DNA from: a virus
Taxonomy: Duplodnaviria; Caudoviricetes
DNA: 30,605 nucleotides
Virus record (IMG/VR): IMGVR_UViG_3300015370_000035
Coordinates: 1 to 30,605 of that record
Strand: one strand, 5' to 3'
Position numbers and translations under genes: made by a program
The notes under the pieces: model-generated
Told to the model about the DNA's origin: nothing
The model's database searches: none
The model's input: the letters and a program-made list of their open reading frames with translations, nothing else
Shown here: positions 16,434 to 24,723 of the stretch, in pieces
How the letters are laid out: each line of letters begins with the position of its first letter
Numbering within the stretch: the first letter of the stretch is position 1

Positions 16434-16622
16434 ATGAAACAAGTTTATATCGTGATAATGTATCTGCACGACTCTTATTTGACGGAAGATGATGATGTTG
16501 AAAGTTGTATTTCCGGTGTATTTGCAACGCACAGAGACGCAGAGAAGAAAAGAGACGAACTTGAAGAACTTGATAAAAGTGGAGTGTGGTTATTTAAGGT
16601 AAGTAAATATAAAGTAAATTGA
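16434..16622 (+). CDS. Small phage hypothetical protein
   Basis: VYIV...GVFAT...AE pattern common in small phage proteins; GGGGGAG RBS. Confidence 0.7.
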   Translation: MKQVYIVIMYLHDSYLTEDDDVESCISGVFATHRDAEKKRDELEELDKSGVWLFKVSKYKVN

Positions 16623-16861
16623 AGGGGGGATATATGTATTATTCATTAAAAGCGACATATCCGGGTTTTGAAAGTGTGTCACGGAATAGCAGGACACGAA
16701 AAAGTTGTTTAAACAAAATGATAGAATTTATGATCCATAGCGGAGATGTTGAGCCCGGTATGCGCAGAGAAAAGCTCAGCCACAAGCAGGATTTTGTTGA
16801 AAGTTGTGATTATAAACTTGTAAGGCATAAAAATAAAAAGGGGGGGGACCGGAAATGTTAA
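16619..16861 (+). CDS. Hypothetical protein
   Basis: ORF track; likely start at the internal ATG (MYYSLK) after a GGGGGG RBS. Confidence 0.65.
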   Translation: MKGGYMYYSLKATYPGFESVSRNSRTRKSCLNKMIEFMIHSGDVEPGMRREKLSHKQDFVESCDYKLVRHKNKKGGDRKC

Positions 16862-16948
16862 TCGGTTACAGACCATTTCGAGGATATGCTCGGAAAGGTA
16901 GATATATGGTCAAGGTCAGGTAGGTAAATTATAAAAGGGAGGGCTGAT

Positions 16949-17050
16949 ATGGACATATTGGCAGGGCTGGGCTTGTTTAGCTTGTTAGCGTTGTTCTTGG
17001 GGGCATTCCTGAGCTTTGTGGATATGCTTATGCACAATAAAAAACATTAG
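16949..17050 (+). CDS. 33-aa single-TM peptide (MDILAGLGLFSLLALFLGAFLSFVDMLMHNKKH)
   Basis: Not in the ORF track; GGGAGG RBS. Confidence 0.55.
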   Translation: MDILAGLGLFSLLALFLGAFLSFVDMLMHNKKH

Positions 17051-17117
17051 GGCGGGCGTATCGTATTTGAATTGTGAAAGGGACGGAAAAAATAAGTTTG
17101 GTTAAGGAGGCTATCTA

Positions 17118-17444
17118 ATGCAAAACATTTTCAGAGGTGATGATGGTTGGCACAAGCGACTTCCCAAAAAACCGCAAAGGCTCAGTGGGTCGTTCCCTCA
17201 CCCTTACGAGGTCATAGAGCGTCCGCAGTGCAGGCAATGCGGTAGTCATATGAAGCCGATAGATATGCTTGATGGGAAGATGAGCGAAGAGGCGGGCGTT
17301 TGTATGGAAAAATGGGTATGTAAGTGCTGGAACCTGTGTGAAACGTGGAAGTATACGCCAAAACTTGGTTGGAAAGTGCTGGATTTTGATATATGGATAA
17401 GGAATATACAGAGGGAAGAAATTGAGGAGGTGGAAAATGTGTGA
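17118..17444 (+). CDS. Zn-ribbon hypothetical protein
   Basis: CRQCG...WVCKC; AAGGAGG RBS. Confidence 0.75.
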   Translation: MQNIFRGDDGWHKRLPKKPQRLSGSFPHPYEVIERPQCRQCGSHMKPIDMLDGKMSEEAGVCMEKWVCKCWNLCETWKYTPKLGWKVLDFDIWIRNIQREEIEEVENV

Positions 17445-17565
17445 TTTCGACCACGATTGTTATATGGATATGGTGTGCGAAGTAGAGCTTGACAGGGCTG
17501 TAGAGGAAATGCTTATCGGTCTTGAGGCTTTAGGCGTAACGGAGACAGATATAAGGTATAATTAG
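17437..17565 (+). CDS. Hypothetical protein (42 aa, MCDFDHDCYMDM...)
   Basis: Not in the ORF track; GGAGG RBS; overlaps the upstream stop. Confidence 0.5.
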   Translation: MCDFDHDCYMDMVCEVELDRAVEEMLIGLEALGVTETDIRYN

Positions 17566-17579
17566 CGTTTCTGATAATT

Positions 17580-17616
17580 TGGGGGGTGGATTGCCCTATC
17601 ACCCCCCATAAAAAAA
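17580..17616. terminator. Terminator-like hairpin closing the early block
   Basis: GGGGGGTG...CACCCCCC followed by an A-run, so the U-tract is on the minus strand. Confidence 0.6.
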
Positions 17617-17650
17617 TGCAAAAATAATGCAAAAAAGCGAATTTACCCTA

Positions 17651-17677
17651 TTGACTTTTGAAAAAGTGTGGTATAAT
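17651..17677 (+). promoter_or_regulatory. Sigma70-type promoter
   Basis: TTGACT-15 nt-TATAAT, TG extended -10; nearly the same sequence as the leftward promoter at 13077-13103. Confidence 0.75.
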
Positions 17678-17696
17678 ATATAGTAGAGGTACAAAT

Positions 17697-17838
17697 GCCC
17701 GGAGAGAACAAATTGTTACGCTTTTTTTATGTCAATTTGGATTACTTAATTCCCACAGTAGACACGAAGCGTAGCATAGTTTTGTCAAGGTTAAAACCTT
17801 GGGCTCTCCGGGCTTGTTTACTGTGGGATTTTGTTTTT
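17697..17838 (+). promoter_or_regulatory. Attenuator or antisense-type leader with alternative pairings
   Basis: 14-bp stem 17751-17764/17815-17828 plus U-rich tract; enclosed segments are complementary to 17697-17706 and 17714-17723. Confidence 0.6.
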
Positions 17839-18157
17839 AAGGGGCTGTTAAGTGCGGTTCTCCCCGTAACCATTATATAGATGGTTATAATGAATAGTGC
17901 AGATTTCAGTTAACTGAAACACAATGAAATCCAAGGTAGCGTCTCCCCGTGTAAAGCGGGGTTCGGGTAAAACCGAAGTTTTGTGGGGACTTATACTGAC
18001 GTCTTGGTCTGTGATACTCTCCGATAAAGGAGGTGTCGTGATAAATTGTTGTGATGGACTGAACTTTTTGGCTTTGAGAGTAAAATTCTTCCTAAATACT
18101 ATCACAGAAGAAAGAAAAGTCCCCACTATATCTAAATATAGGTAAAAGGAGGCAAAA

Positions 18158-18583
18158 ATGAACGGAACGATTGCTGAAGTAGCAGAAGTAAAGAGGGGAA
18201 CAAACAAAAAGGGAGAGTGGATACTCTCAAAGGTAAAGACAACGGAAGATGTGTTATTCTCAACGTTTGACAAGTCCGTGATTGGCGGAGAGGGTAAGTC
18301 CTTTAGTGCTGATGTAGTTAAGAATGAGAACGGATACAACGAGGCAAAGAAAGTTGCGATAACAGAAACAAAGGAAGTAGAGCAGGAAGAGGAAAAGGCG
18401 GCTCCTACTATAAAGGACTTATTAAAGCCCAAAGAGAGCAGGACCACACGCATAGTAGCCCTTAACGCCTCTGTGCTGTATCTTGGTGCCGTGGCGACAC
18501 ATCTAAAGGGCATGGGGGACTTGCCCAATTGGGGAAAGGTAGCCGAAGATATGGAGAGATGGTTAAAAGAGGAAAAAGAATAG
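18158..18583 (+). CDS. Possible OB-fold ssDNA-binding protein
   Basis: Beta-rich N-terminus (GTNKKGEW...FSTFD...KNENGYN), linker and helical C-terminus; AAGGAGG RBS; function inferred. Confidence 0.45.
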   Translation: MNGTIAEVAEVKRGTNKKGEWILSKVKTTEDVLFSTFDKSVIGGEGKSFSADVVKNENGYNEAKKVAITETKEVEQEEEKAAPTIKDLLKPKESRTTRIVALNASVLYLGAVATHLKGMGDLPNWGKVAEDMERWLKEEKE

Positions 18584-18592
18584 GGGGGTGTT

Positions 18593-18757
18593 ATGTCATA
18601 TACGTTTGAGGACTTTAGGAAAGAGAAATATGGGGAAAACTATATCAAGCAGGAAAAGATAAGGGGCGAGTTCAGTCAGCTGAACACGCAGTATGACAAC
18701 GTCGTGGCTGGTTTCAGGATACTGCTGGGGCAGATAAAGGAAGTCAGGGGAGGCTGA
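18593..18757 (+). CDS. Hypothetical protein (54 aa, MSYTFEDFRKEKY...)
   Basis: Not in the ORF track; G-rich RBS; fills the gap. Confidence 0.6.
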   Translation: MSYTFEDFRKEKYGENYIKQEKIRGEFSQLNTQYDNVVAGFRILLGQIKEVRGG

Positions 18758-18758
18758 A

Positions 18759-19100
18759 ATGACTAAATCAGAACGCAACACAATACTTGAAACTATCGCT
18801 CACTGGGACAGGATGATAGACTGGGCGAAGAAGCGGGAGAAGAGGTGGATGGTGAGTAGGGGGGATATGTGTTATGATGTGGGAGAGAATTGGCGTGGGG
18901 AGCATTGTCCGCTGTGTGTAAAGTATAAAGCTGATTATGTTTGTGGGAAATGTCCACTTTTGGAGAAGTATGGAAGGTGCGGTTATGGTAGGAAAAACCT
19001 ATGGCTTAAAGTTCACCTCTCAGAGACTTGGGGAACGTGGGTAAAGAACGCAGAGAAATTCAGAGAGCAGATAGCGAGCTTGTTAGAGGAGGCGAAATGA
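18759..19100 (+). CDS. Cys-rich phage protein (CPLC...CGKCPL...C)
   Basis: 113 aa; GGAGG RBS. Confidence 0.75.
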   Translation: MTKSERNTILETIAHWDRMIDWAKKREKRWMVSRGDMCYDVGENWRGEHCPLCVKYKADYVCGKCPLLEKYGRCGYGRKNLWLKVHLSETWGTWVKNAEKFREQIASLLEEAK

Positions 19101-19366
19101 TGTATGAAATAGATGCAGAAGAAGAATACAATTCATTTTGGAAGAGCGTGGTTGAAAACAATGACGGAACAATAAATATGGAACAATTAAAAAAAGAATT
19201 AGCAGACTATTCGCTTCTAATGAAAAATATGTCAGAATTGTTTTGCTTGATTACTGGTGGTAGAATATCAAAACAAAATACAATGGCTTATGTTATAGCG
19301 AGTATTTATGATGATGAACTACAAGCATCATACGATGATGGTTATAAGAATGGGAGGAATAAATGA
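19097..19366 (+). CDS. Hypothetical protein
   Basis: Start reassigned to ATG 19097 (GGAGG RBS, ATGA overlap). Confidence 0.7.
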   Translation: MMYEIDAEEEYNSFWKSVVENNDGTINMEQLKKELADYSLLMKNMSELFCLITGGRISKQNTMAYVIASIYDDELQASYDDGYKNGRNK

Positions 19367-20169
19367 CCGAACAAATTGACGTCGTAAAGAACTGGTTGCA
19401 GGAGATTAAATACTATAAGGAAACAATAACGAGGGATTTCCTTGCCTTGGGTAAGTTACTTATAGGCGGTCGCAGGGATAACCTATGGAAAGGCTTGACA
19501 GAAGACGGAAATAAGTTCAAGACATTTAATGATTTCCTTAAAAGCAAGGTATTGGGAATAGGAAAGACACAGGCATATAAGATAATGAACGCATACGAAT
19601 ACACGCAAGCTATGAAGATAGACGACAAGAGGGCTATGGAGATAGGGGTTGAGAAGCTGTCTTTGGGTTCTCGTGGAAAAGTTCAGTCGGCTGAACAAAT
19701 AAAGGAAAAGACCGTATCGGAACTAAAGCAAGAGGCAAACCACCCCATCAGTTTTGGGGTATACATAGACAACGAGAAAGTCAAGGTGGTAGAGCAGGCA
19801 ATAGATACCTTAATGAAACGAGACGGCATAACAAGCCGTGGTGAGGCTCTGTATCTTATTTGCGTAGACTTCCTGTCGGGTGCGGGTTGGGAACACCCAC
19901 GCAAGAAAACAAGCAAGGAAAGTATGGACGAGATTTGGGAACACTACAAAGAGGTTATGGGTCTTGAAAGCAACGTGTCATATGGAAGATTCAGCAAGGA
20001 TATGAAAGTCCTGATAGACCAAGTAAAAGATTTGGATATTATAAAAGAGGGCATAGGGATAATCTGCGAATACCACAAACACAAAGGGTTTGACTGTAAC
20101 CTTTCCACCGTCGTGAAAGTGTGGTCGGAATACGAAAGCAATCCACAGAAATATATTAATGGGAGGTAA
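19363..20169 (+). CDS. DUF3102-like DNA-binding protein with C-terminal replication-initiator-like helical domain
   Basis: FLALGKLL...LWK...FKTFNDFL...GIGKTQAYKIM; C-terminal EIWEHYKE...; upstream of the helicase. Confidence 0.5.
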   Translation: MTEQIDVVKNWLQEIKYYKETITRDFLALGKLLIGGRRDNLWKGLTEDGNKFKTFNDFLKSKVLGIGKTQAYKIMNAYEYTQAMKIDDKRAMEIGVEKLSLGSRGKVQSAEQIKEKTVSELKQEANHPISFGVYIDNEKVKVVEQAIDTLMKRDGITSRGEALYLICVDFLSGAGWEHPRKKTSKESMDEIWEHYKEVMGLESNVSYGRFSKDMKVLIDQVKDLDIIKEGIGIICEYHKHKGFDCNLSTVVKVWSEYESNPQKYINGR

Positions 20170-20171
20170 TT

Positions 20172-20387
20172 ATGGTTTGTAGTTGTTCAATGGCTGGAAC
20201 AAGGGTGTGTAAGTTTTGTAAGAATAATAATTTTTATTACGATAAAGATTGGATTGTATATCCCACAAGACCACCGCAGTTTGAACCCGTGAAAAGAGAA
20301 AGAGATATTTGTGAGGATATTGAAAGCCTCAATAAGAATATTGAAAAGTTGGAGAAACTGATTAATGATTATTTACTTGACAAATAA
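20172..20387 (+). CDS. Small Cys-rich hypothetical protein
   Basis: 71 aa; GGAGG RBS. Confidence 0.65.
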   Translation: MVCSCSMAGTRVCKFCKNNNFYYDKDWIVYPTRPPQFEPVKRERDICEDIESLNKNIEKLEKLINDYLLDK

Positions 20388-20404
20388 AAAAAACCTGATA
20401 TAAT
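20377..20404 (+). promoter_or_regulatory. Sigma70-type promoter
   Basis: TTGACA-16 nt-TATAAT, TG extended -10. Confidence 0.75.
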
Positions 20405-20411
20405 GGTATAC

Positions 20412-20593
20412 GTGGGTTGGTTGTGGCTGAACAATCCTGTTTGTAGGCAGGATAAGGCGTGATGAGTAGAAGGCTCGTGCCTCTACAGTCAGCAATCTAA
20501 GTCCTCACCAATAAGAGTGAGGTAAAAGGTTTGCAGTTGGTGCCTATGAGCCGTCAGAAATGATGCGAACACCATAACTGCCAACCAGCCCGC
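20412..20593 (+). ncRNA. Putative multi-stem structured ncRNA (~180 nt), family not assigned
   Basis: 12-bp closing stem 20412-20423/20582-20593 begins at the predicted TSS; at least five internal helices including a GAAA tetraloop. Confidence 0.6.
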
Positions 20594-20767
20594 CCGCGTT
20601 TCTTCTAAAAAAAAGAAATTATTGCCCCTTGCGGCTGAAAAGCCGGTGCAAACCACAAGTAAGTTCTCCTTCACGTGCGTACGTTTTAAGTGGTTGGTGT
20701 TAGTCCGTTTGGCTTTAAAGCCTACGAGTAAACGCACCAAGGGGCAAAACTCTAAAAGGAACTCAAA

Positions 20768-21688
20768 TTGGATAAGCGTATATTCACACAAACCATAGAG
20801 AACATAAAGAAAAGAGGCAGGGAGCCGGAGTTCCCAACACTCCCCTGCCTTGATAAGAAGATATACGGTCTCAATCGTGGCGAGGTTACTGTCGTGGGTG
20901 CAGTGTCTGGAGAGGGTAAGACAGCATTCGCAACACAGATATGTCTTGAGTTAGCTGAAAGAAAAAAGAACGTTATTTTCATATCCCTTGAGATGTCTGC
21001 CCCACAAATATGCGAAAGGTTAATATCTCACTATGTTGGTATACCACGACCAAAGGTACAACAAAACGATCTAAATGAAGAAGACTGGGCTAAGGTACAT
21101 CAATTTATGGATTTAAGCGTGTTTAAGGAGGGTTTCGACATAAGTGAGGGTGGACACCTGTCTGGAGAGGAAAACTCGTCTAGAACCGACTACGAGAACA
21201 TTCGGACGCTATGTGAGCAGAGGCACCCAGATTTCATAGCAATAGACCATATACAGCGTATAAGAATGCCACACGGTATTGATGAAAAAAGAGCAATAAA
21301 GGATTTTGTGGTAAATATGACAGAATTGGCTAAAAAACAAAATATACCCATACTGCTACTTAGTCAGTTGAGGAAAACTGATTCATCATCTGGTCCAAGA
21401 AGACCTAATCAGGACGACTTGAAATGGTCGGGGGATATAGCGAACGAAGCTACTACTATTTTGTTATTGTATAGACCAGCAGAACACGGATTTGAACAGA
21501 AAGAACCACCGAAGATTATGCAGAAGAACAATATAATGGAATATAGTAGACTTATGGATATGAATGAAAAAATGAGAGACAAGAGTTATTGTGAAATACT
21601 TATAGTAAAGAACAGGAATGGTGAACGCACAAAGGTTGAGTGTAGGTTTAGGGGAGATATATACAAGTTTGAGGAATGGGAGGAGTGA
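20768..21688 (+). CDS. DnaB-like replicative helicase (C-terminal ATPase domain only)
   Basis: Walker A GAVSGEGKT, FISLEMS, IAIDHIQ, LLSQL, DLKWSGDI, KNRNG. Confidence 0.92.
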   Translation: MDKRIFTQTIENIKKRGREPEFPTLPCLDKKIYGLNRGEVTVVGAVSGEGKTAFATQICLELAERKKNVIFISLEMSAPQICERLISHYVGIPRPKVQQNDLNEEDWAKVHQFMDLSVFKEGFDISEGGHLSGEENSSRTDYENIRTLCEQRHPDFIAIDHIQRIRMPHGIDEKRAIKDFVVNMTELAKKQNIPILLLSQLRKTDSSSGPRRPNQDDLKWSGDIANEATTILLLYRPAEHGFEQKEPPKIMQKNNIMEYSRLMDMNEKMRDKSYCEILIVKNRNGERTKVECRFRGDIYKFEEWEE

Positions 21689-21696
21689 TTTTTTTC

Positions 21697-21724
21697 TTGA
21701 CATTTTTCAAAAGTATGATATAAT
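21697..21724 (+). promoter_or_regulatory. Sigma70-type promoter
   Basis: TTGACA-16 nt-TATAAT, TG extended -10. Confidence 0.75.
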
Positions 21725-21753
21725 GGTATGTAGAAGTAAAACAAGGGGGAACA

Positions 21754-22440
21754 TTGCAAAAGAAATCAATGGAAGAAATAAACAAGAAGTATTCACGCAG
21801 AGACGGATATTATTATAAGGGAAGCAAGCGGTATGTTTCCGTAACAACAGCGTTGCAGTGTATAAACAAGCCCGCACTGGTTAGCTGGGCTGGATATGGT
21901 TGTGCTAAGACAGCACTTGAAGACCCGTCTTTAACTCACACAGAAGTATACGCAAAGTTTATGGATGGCACAAAAACAAAGAAAGCAGGTATGGGAACAC
22001 GCATACACGAAATATCCGAGGGTATAGAGAAAGGAACTATAAAGGATGTAGAGAACATTAGCGAAGACTTGCGTGGGTATGTTAAGGCGTTCCAGTCTTT
22101 TCTAAAAGAAATCAAACCCGAACTACTACTATCGGAAACAAAGGTGTATAGCGAGAAGTATGGTTATGCAGGCTCTCTTGACAGAGTGTGGAAGATAGGG
22201 GATAGCATAGTGTTGGCGGACATCAAGACGAGTAAGAACTTATATAAGGAGTATGGACTTCAGGTTGAAGCGTACCGTCGCGGTTGCTATGAAATGGGTC
22301 TCGTAGAAAAGATAGATAAAACAAAAGGCTTGCTACTCAAGCCCAACGGAACATTTGACTGGAAAGAAATGAACGGAGATTTTGATGTGTTCCTTTCGTG
22401 TTTGAAATTATGGAGATGGTTATACGAGGAGGTAGAATGA
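21754..22440 (+). CDS. PD-(D/E)XK (Cas4/RecB-like) exonuclease
   Basis: SVTT, GTRIHE, E...YAGSLD, DIKTS, QVEAY. Confidence 0.88.
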   Translation: MQKKSMEEINKKYSRRDGYYYKGSKRYVSVTTALQCINKPALVSWAGYGCAKTALEDPSLTHTEVYAKFMDGTKTKKAGMGTRIHEISEGIEKGTIKDVENISEDLRGYVKAFQSFLKEIKPELLLSETKVYSEKYGYAGSLDRVWKIGDSIVLADIKTSKNLYKEYGLQVEAYRRGCYEMGLVEKIDKTKGLLLKPNGTFDWKEMNGDFDVFLSCLKLWRWLYEEVE

Positions 22441-22634
22441 CAACAGACAACAAAGAACAGGACATAGACTATGAACAGTTAAAAAAAGAATTTAGGAATA
22501 AACTTGAACTTATTATTGAGTTGGAGGTGGAGAGTTTGGCTAACAGCATACCAAAAGAGAAATTTTATGATTTCAAGTTAGAGCTTTACCGCAAGATTTT
22601 GGATTTAGTTGGAAAATACCAGATGTTTATATAG
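22437..22634 (+). CDS. Hypothetical protein
   Basis: Start at MTTDNK with GGAGG RBS and ATGA overlap. Confidence 0.65.
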   Translation: MTTDNKEQDIDYEQLKKEFRNKLELIIELEVESLANSIPKEKFYDFKLELYRKILDLVGKYQMFI

Positions 22635-22642
22635 GAGGTATA

Positions 22643-22894
22643 ATGGACGACAGGGAAAACGTTTCGGAAGACTATCGTGAAGATGTTATCGTGAATGTGG
22701 AAATGATACTGTTCGCATTGCGTTCAGACTTGGGAAGGCTTGAACCACTTCTTTTAAACTTTATAAAGAGAGCAGGATTTAAAGAGATTTCAGAGATAGT
22801 TGGGGAGCTTAAAGAGATAGGGGAAACCTGTATCAGGTTGAGCAATGAAATAATACTAATGTCTATGTGCAACGAACTTGATAAAAAAGTCTGA
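22643..22894 (+). CDS. Hypothetical protein
   Basis: 83 aa; AGGAGG RBS. Confidence 0.7.
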   Translation: MDDRENVSEDYREDVIVNVEMILFALRSDLGRLEPLLLNFIKRAGFKEISEIVGELKEIGETCIRLSNEIILMSMCNELDKKV

Positions 22895-22906
22895 CTGGGA
22901 GGAATA

Positions 22907-23074
22907 ATGAGGGGACGTTGTGATGAATGCGAGAAGAACAAAGGGATAGTGTTTATATTGACGGAACTTGATAGAAACGAGGATGTTCACGCTAGCATGG
23001 TTGCAAGATTTTGTTCAAAAAAATGTATTTCAGAATATGTGGCTGATTGTTATCTTGAACCAATGGAGGACTGA
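22907..23074 (+). CDS. Small Zn-finger protein (CDEC...FCSKKC, 55 aa)
   Basis: Not in the ORF track; GGAGG RBS. Confidence 0.65.
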   Translation: MRGRCDECEKNKGIVFILTELDRNEDVHASMVARFCSKKCISEYVADCYLEPMED

Positions 23075-23147
23075 ATGAAGAAACTCTTGGAGGACTGATG
23101 ACTACCGAAGAATTCAAAAAGAAGAATAGTCCTAAACAGGAGGAGAA

Positions 23148-23306
23148 ATGGGAAAAGTAAAAGAAGTAAGAGATGATGATTTTAAAAAAAATGATTGGGT
23201 TGAAGATAAATATTTGGTAAGTTTAGATAATCCTATTTGGAGACTTGTAAGATTAAGATTACATTTTTGGAACACAATATTTAGAAAAAAGGAGTGTCTT
23301 AAATGA
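23148..23306 (+). CDS. Hypothetical protein (52 aa, MGKVKEVRDDDF...)
   Basis: Not in the ORF track; AGGAGG RBS; ATGA overlap with the next gene. Confidence 0.6.
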   Translation: MGKVKEVRDDDFKKNDWVEDKYLVSLDNPIWRLVRLRLHFWNTIFRKKECLK

Positions 23307-23686
23307 CTATCAAAGAGTTTGAGAAGTTGTCGGATGAGGATAAGAATAAGATGGTGGCTGAGGCTATGGGAAAGTGTTGGCACAATATAGAGGAATTGCC
23401 TGACGGTTATAGATTTTGTAGAAAGTGTGGTGAATCATCTAATACTATATTGACATTTGAAAACATTGACTATCTCAATACCCCAGAAGGTTGCGTGGCG
23501 ATGATGGAGTGGTGGTTAAATAAATATACTCAATTTAAACTTTATAAAACAAAAGATGGTATTCTTTTTGAGTATATAGATTATGGTTCTACTGAAAAAA
23601 TGTGGAGGATAGAATTTGCTTGTGAAACAATAAACACAGCCCTCGCAATAGCAATACTCAAATCTTCTGGTAAAGTGGAGGACTGA
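23303..23686 (+). CDS. Phage ABA-sandwich/BC1872-like protein, paralog A
   Basis: VAEAMG..W, DYLN, ALAIAILK pattern. Confidence 0.6.
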   Translation: MTIKEFEKLSDEDKNKMVAEAMGKCWHNIEELPDGYRFCRKCGESSNTILTFENIDYLNTPEGCVAMMEWWLNKYTQFKLYKTKDGILFEYIDYGSTEKMWRIEFACETINTALAIAILKSSGKVED

Positions 23687-24718
23687 ATGAAAATAGCAAG
23701 AGTATTCCCGAAAAGAACTAATATGTCTCCAACCGATCTTGATTGTTATTTTTCCGTTCCTCCATGTTTTATTCCTAAATATGATGAAATTCATATATCA
23801 GTAGTTTTTACTTGGGATATTACTTATGCAGAATTCTTAAAAAAACAATGGGAACAAGTATGCTCTATTGTGAAAATAGGTGGTCCCGCCTTTAATGATT
23901 CTGGTGGAGAATTTACACCCGGATTATATACTAAACAAGGTATAACAATAACTTCAAGAGGTTGTCCGAATAATTGTTCTTTTTGTTTTGTGCCTAAGCG
24001 AGAAGGCAAAATAAGAGAATTAGAAATTAAGGAAGGCAATATTATACAGGATAATAACTTTCTTGCTTGTTCTAAACAACATAGGGATAAAGTATTTGAA
24101 ATGCTTAAAAATAAACGAGCAATTAGTTTTGTTGGTGGATTAGAACCTGCAAGGATTACAGATGAAATAGTGGAACAATTAAGAGGTTTAAAAATTAAAG
24201 ACCTATGGCTTGCGTATGATATGCCTGCCAGTGATCGCTTTCTTGAAAAAGCGGTTAATAAATTAAGCAAGTATTTTAAACGAGATAAAATTCGTTGTTA
24301 TATTTTAATAGGTTATGAGGGAGATACTGTTGAAAAAGCAGAAGCGAGGTGTCGCAGAGCTTGGGAGATTGGAGTATTGCCTTTTGCACAAAGATATAGA
24401 ATTGATAGTAGGGATTATAAAAATAGTTTTTTACAAAAAAGTAAAGAATGGCAGGATTTAGCAAGAACTTGGTCAAGACCTGCTGCGACAAAATCACACA
24501 TAAAAAAAACAATTCTAAAATCCTTCATTGAGAAGTGGAGAGATAAAATAAAAAGGGGAGGTGGGGAGATGAATGCCGAAGAAGAATTTAATGAATTTCG
24601 TAAAACACTTGATAATATTACTAGGTTGTTAAAAGCAAATAGAAGAGAGGAAAACAAGAAAAGAGAGTTTCCATATAAACCAAAAAGGAATAAGAAAGGT
24701 TGGTATAAACTCGTGTAG
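23687..24718 (+). CDS. Radical SAM protein
   Basis: TSRGCPNNCSFCFVP (CxxxCxxC), DNNFLA, YILIGY; last ~50 aa may be a separate fused ORF. Confidence 0.9.
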   Translation: MKIARVFPKRTNMSPTDLDCYFSVPPCFIPKYDEIHISVVFTWDITYAEFLKKQWEQVCSIVKIGGPAFNDSGGEFTPGLYTKQGITITSRGCPNNCSFCFVPKREGKIRELEIKEGNIIQDNNFLACSKQHRDKVFEMLKNKRAISFVGGLEPARITDEIVEQLRGLKIKDLWLAYDMPASDRFLEKAVNKLSKYFKRDKIRCYILIGYEGDTVEKAEARCRRAWEIGVLPFAQRYRIDSRDYKNSFLQKSKEWQDLARTWSRPAATKSHIKKTILKSFIEKWRDKIKRGGGEMNAEEEFNEFRKTLDNITRLLKANRREENKKREFPYKPKRNKKGWYKLV

Positions 24719-24723
24719 GCGCA

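Noticed and set aside
21754-22440. Cas4-like nuclease as evidence of CRISPR-Cas
   Set aside because: A stand-alone phage PD-(D/E)XK exonuclease in the replication region with no other cas genes or array.
23089-23115. CTGATGA as a possible third hammerhead core
   Set aside because: No properly placed GAAA or supporting stems; it is explained by an RBS and stop/start overlap (GGAGGACTGATG).
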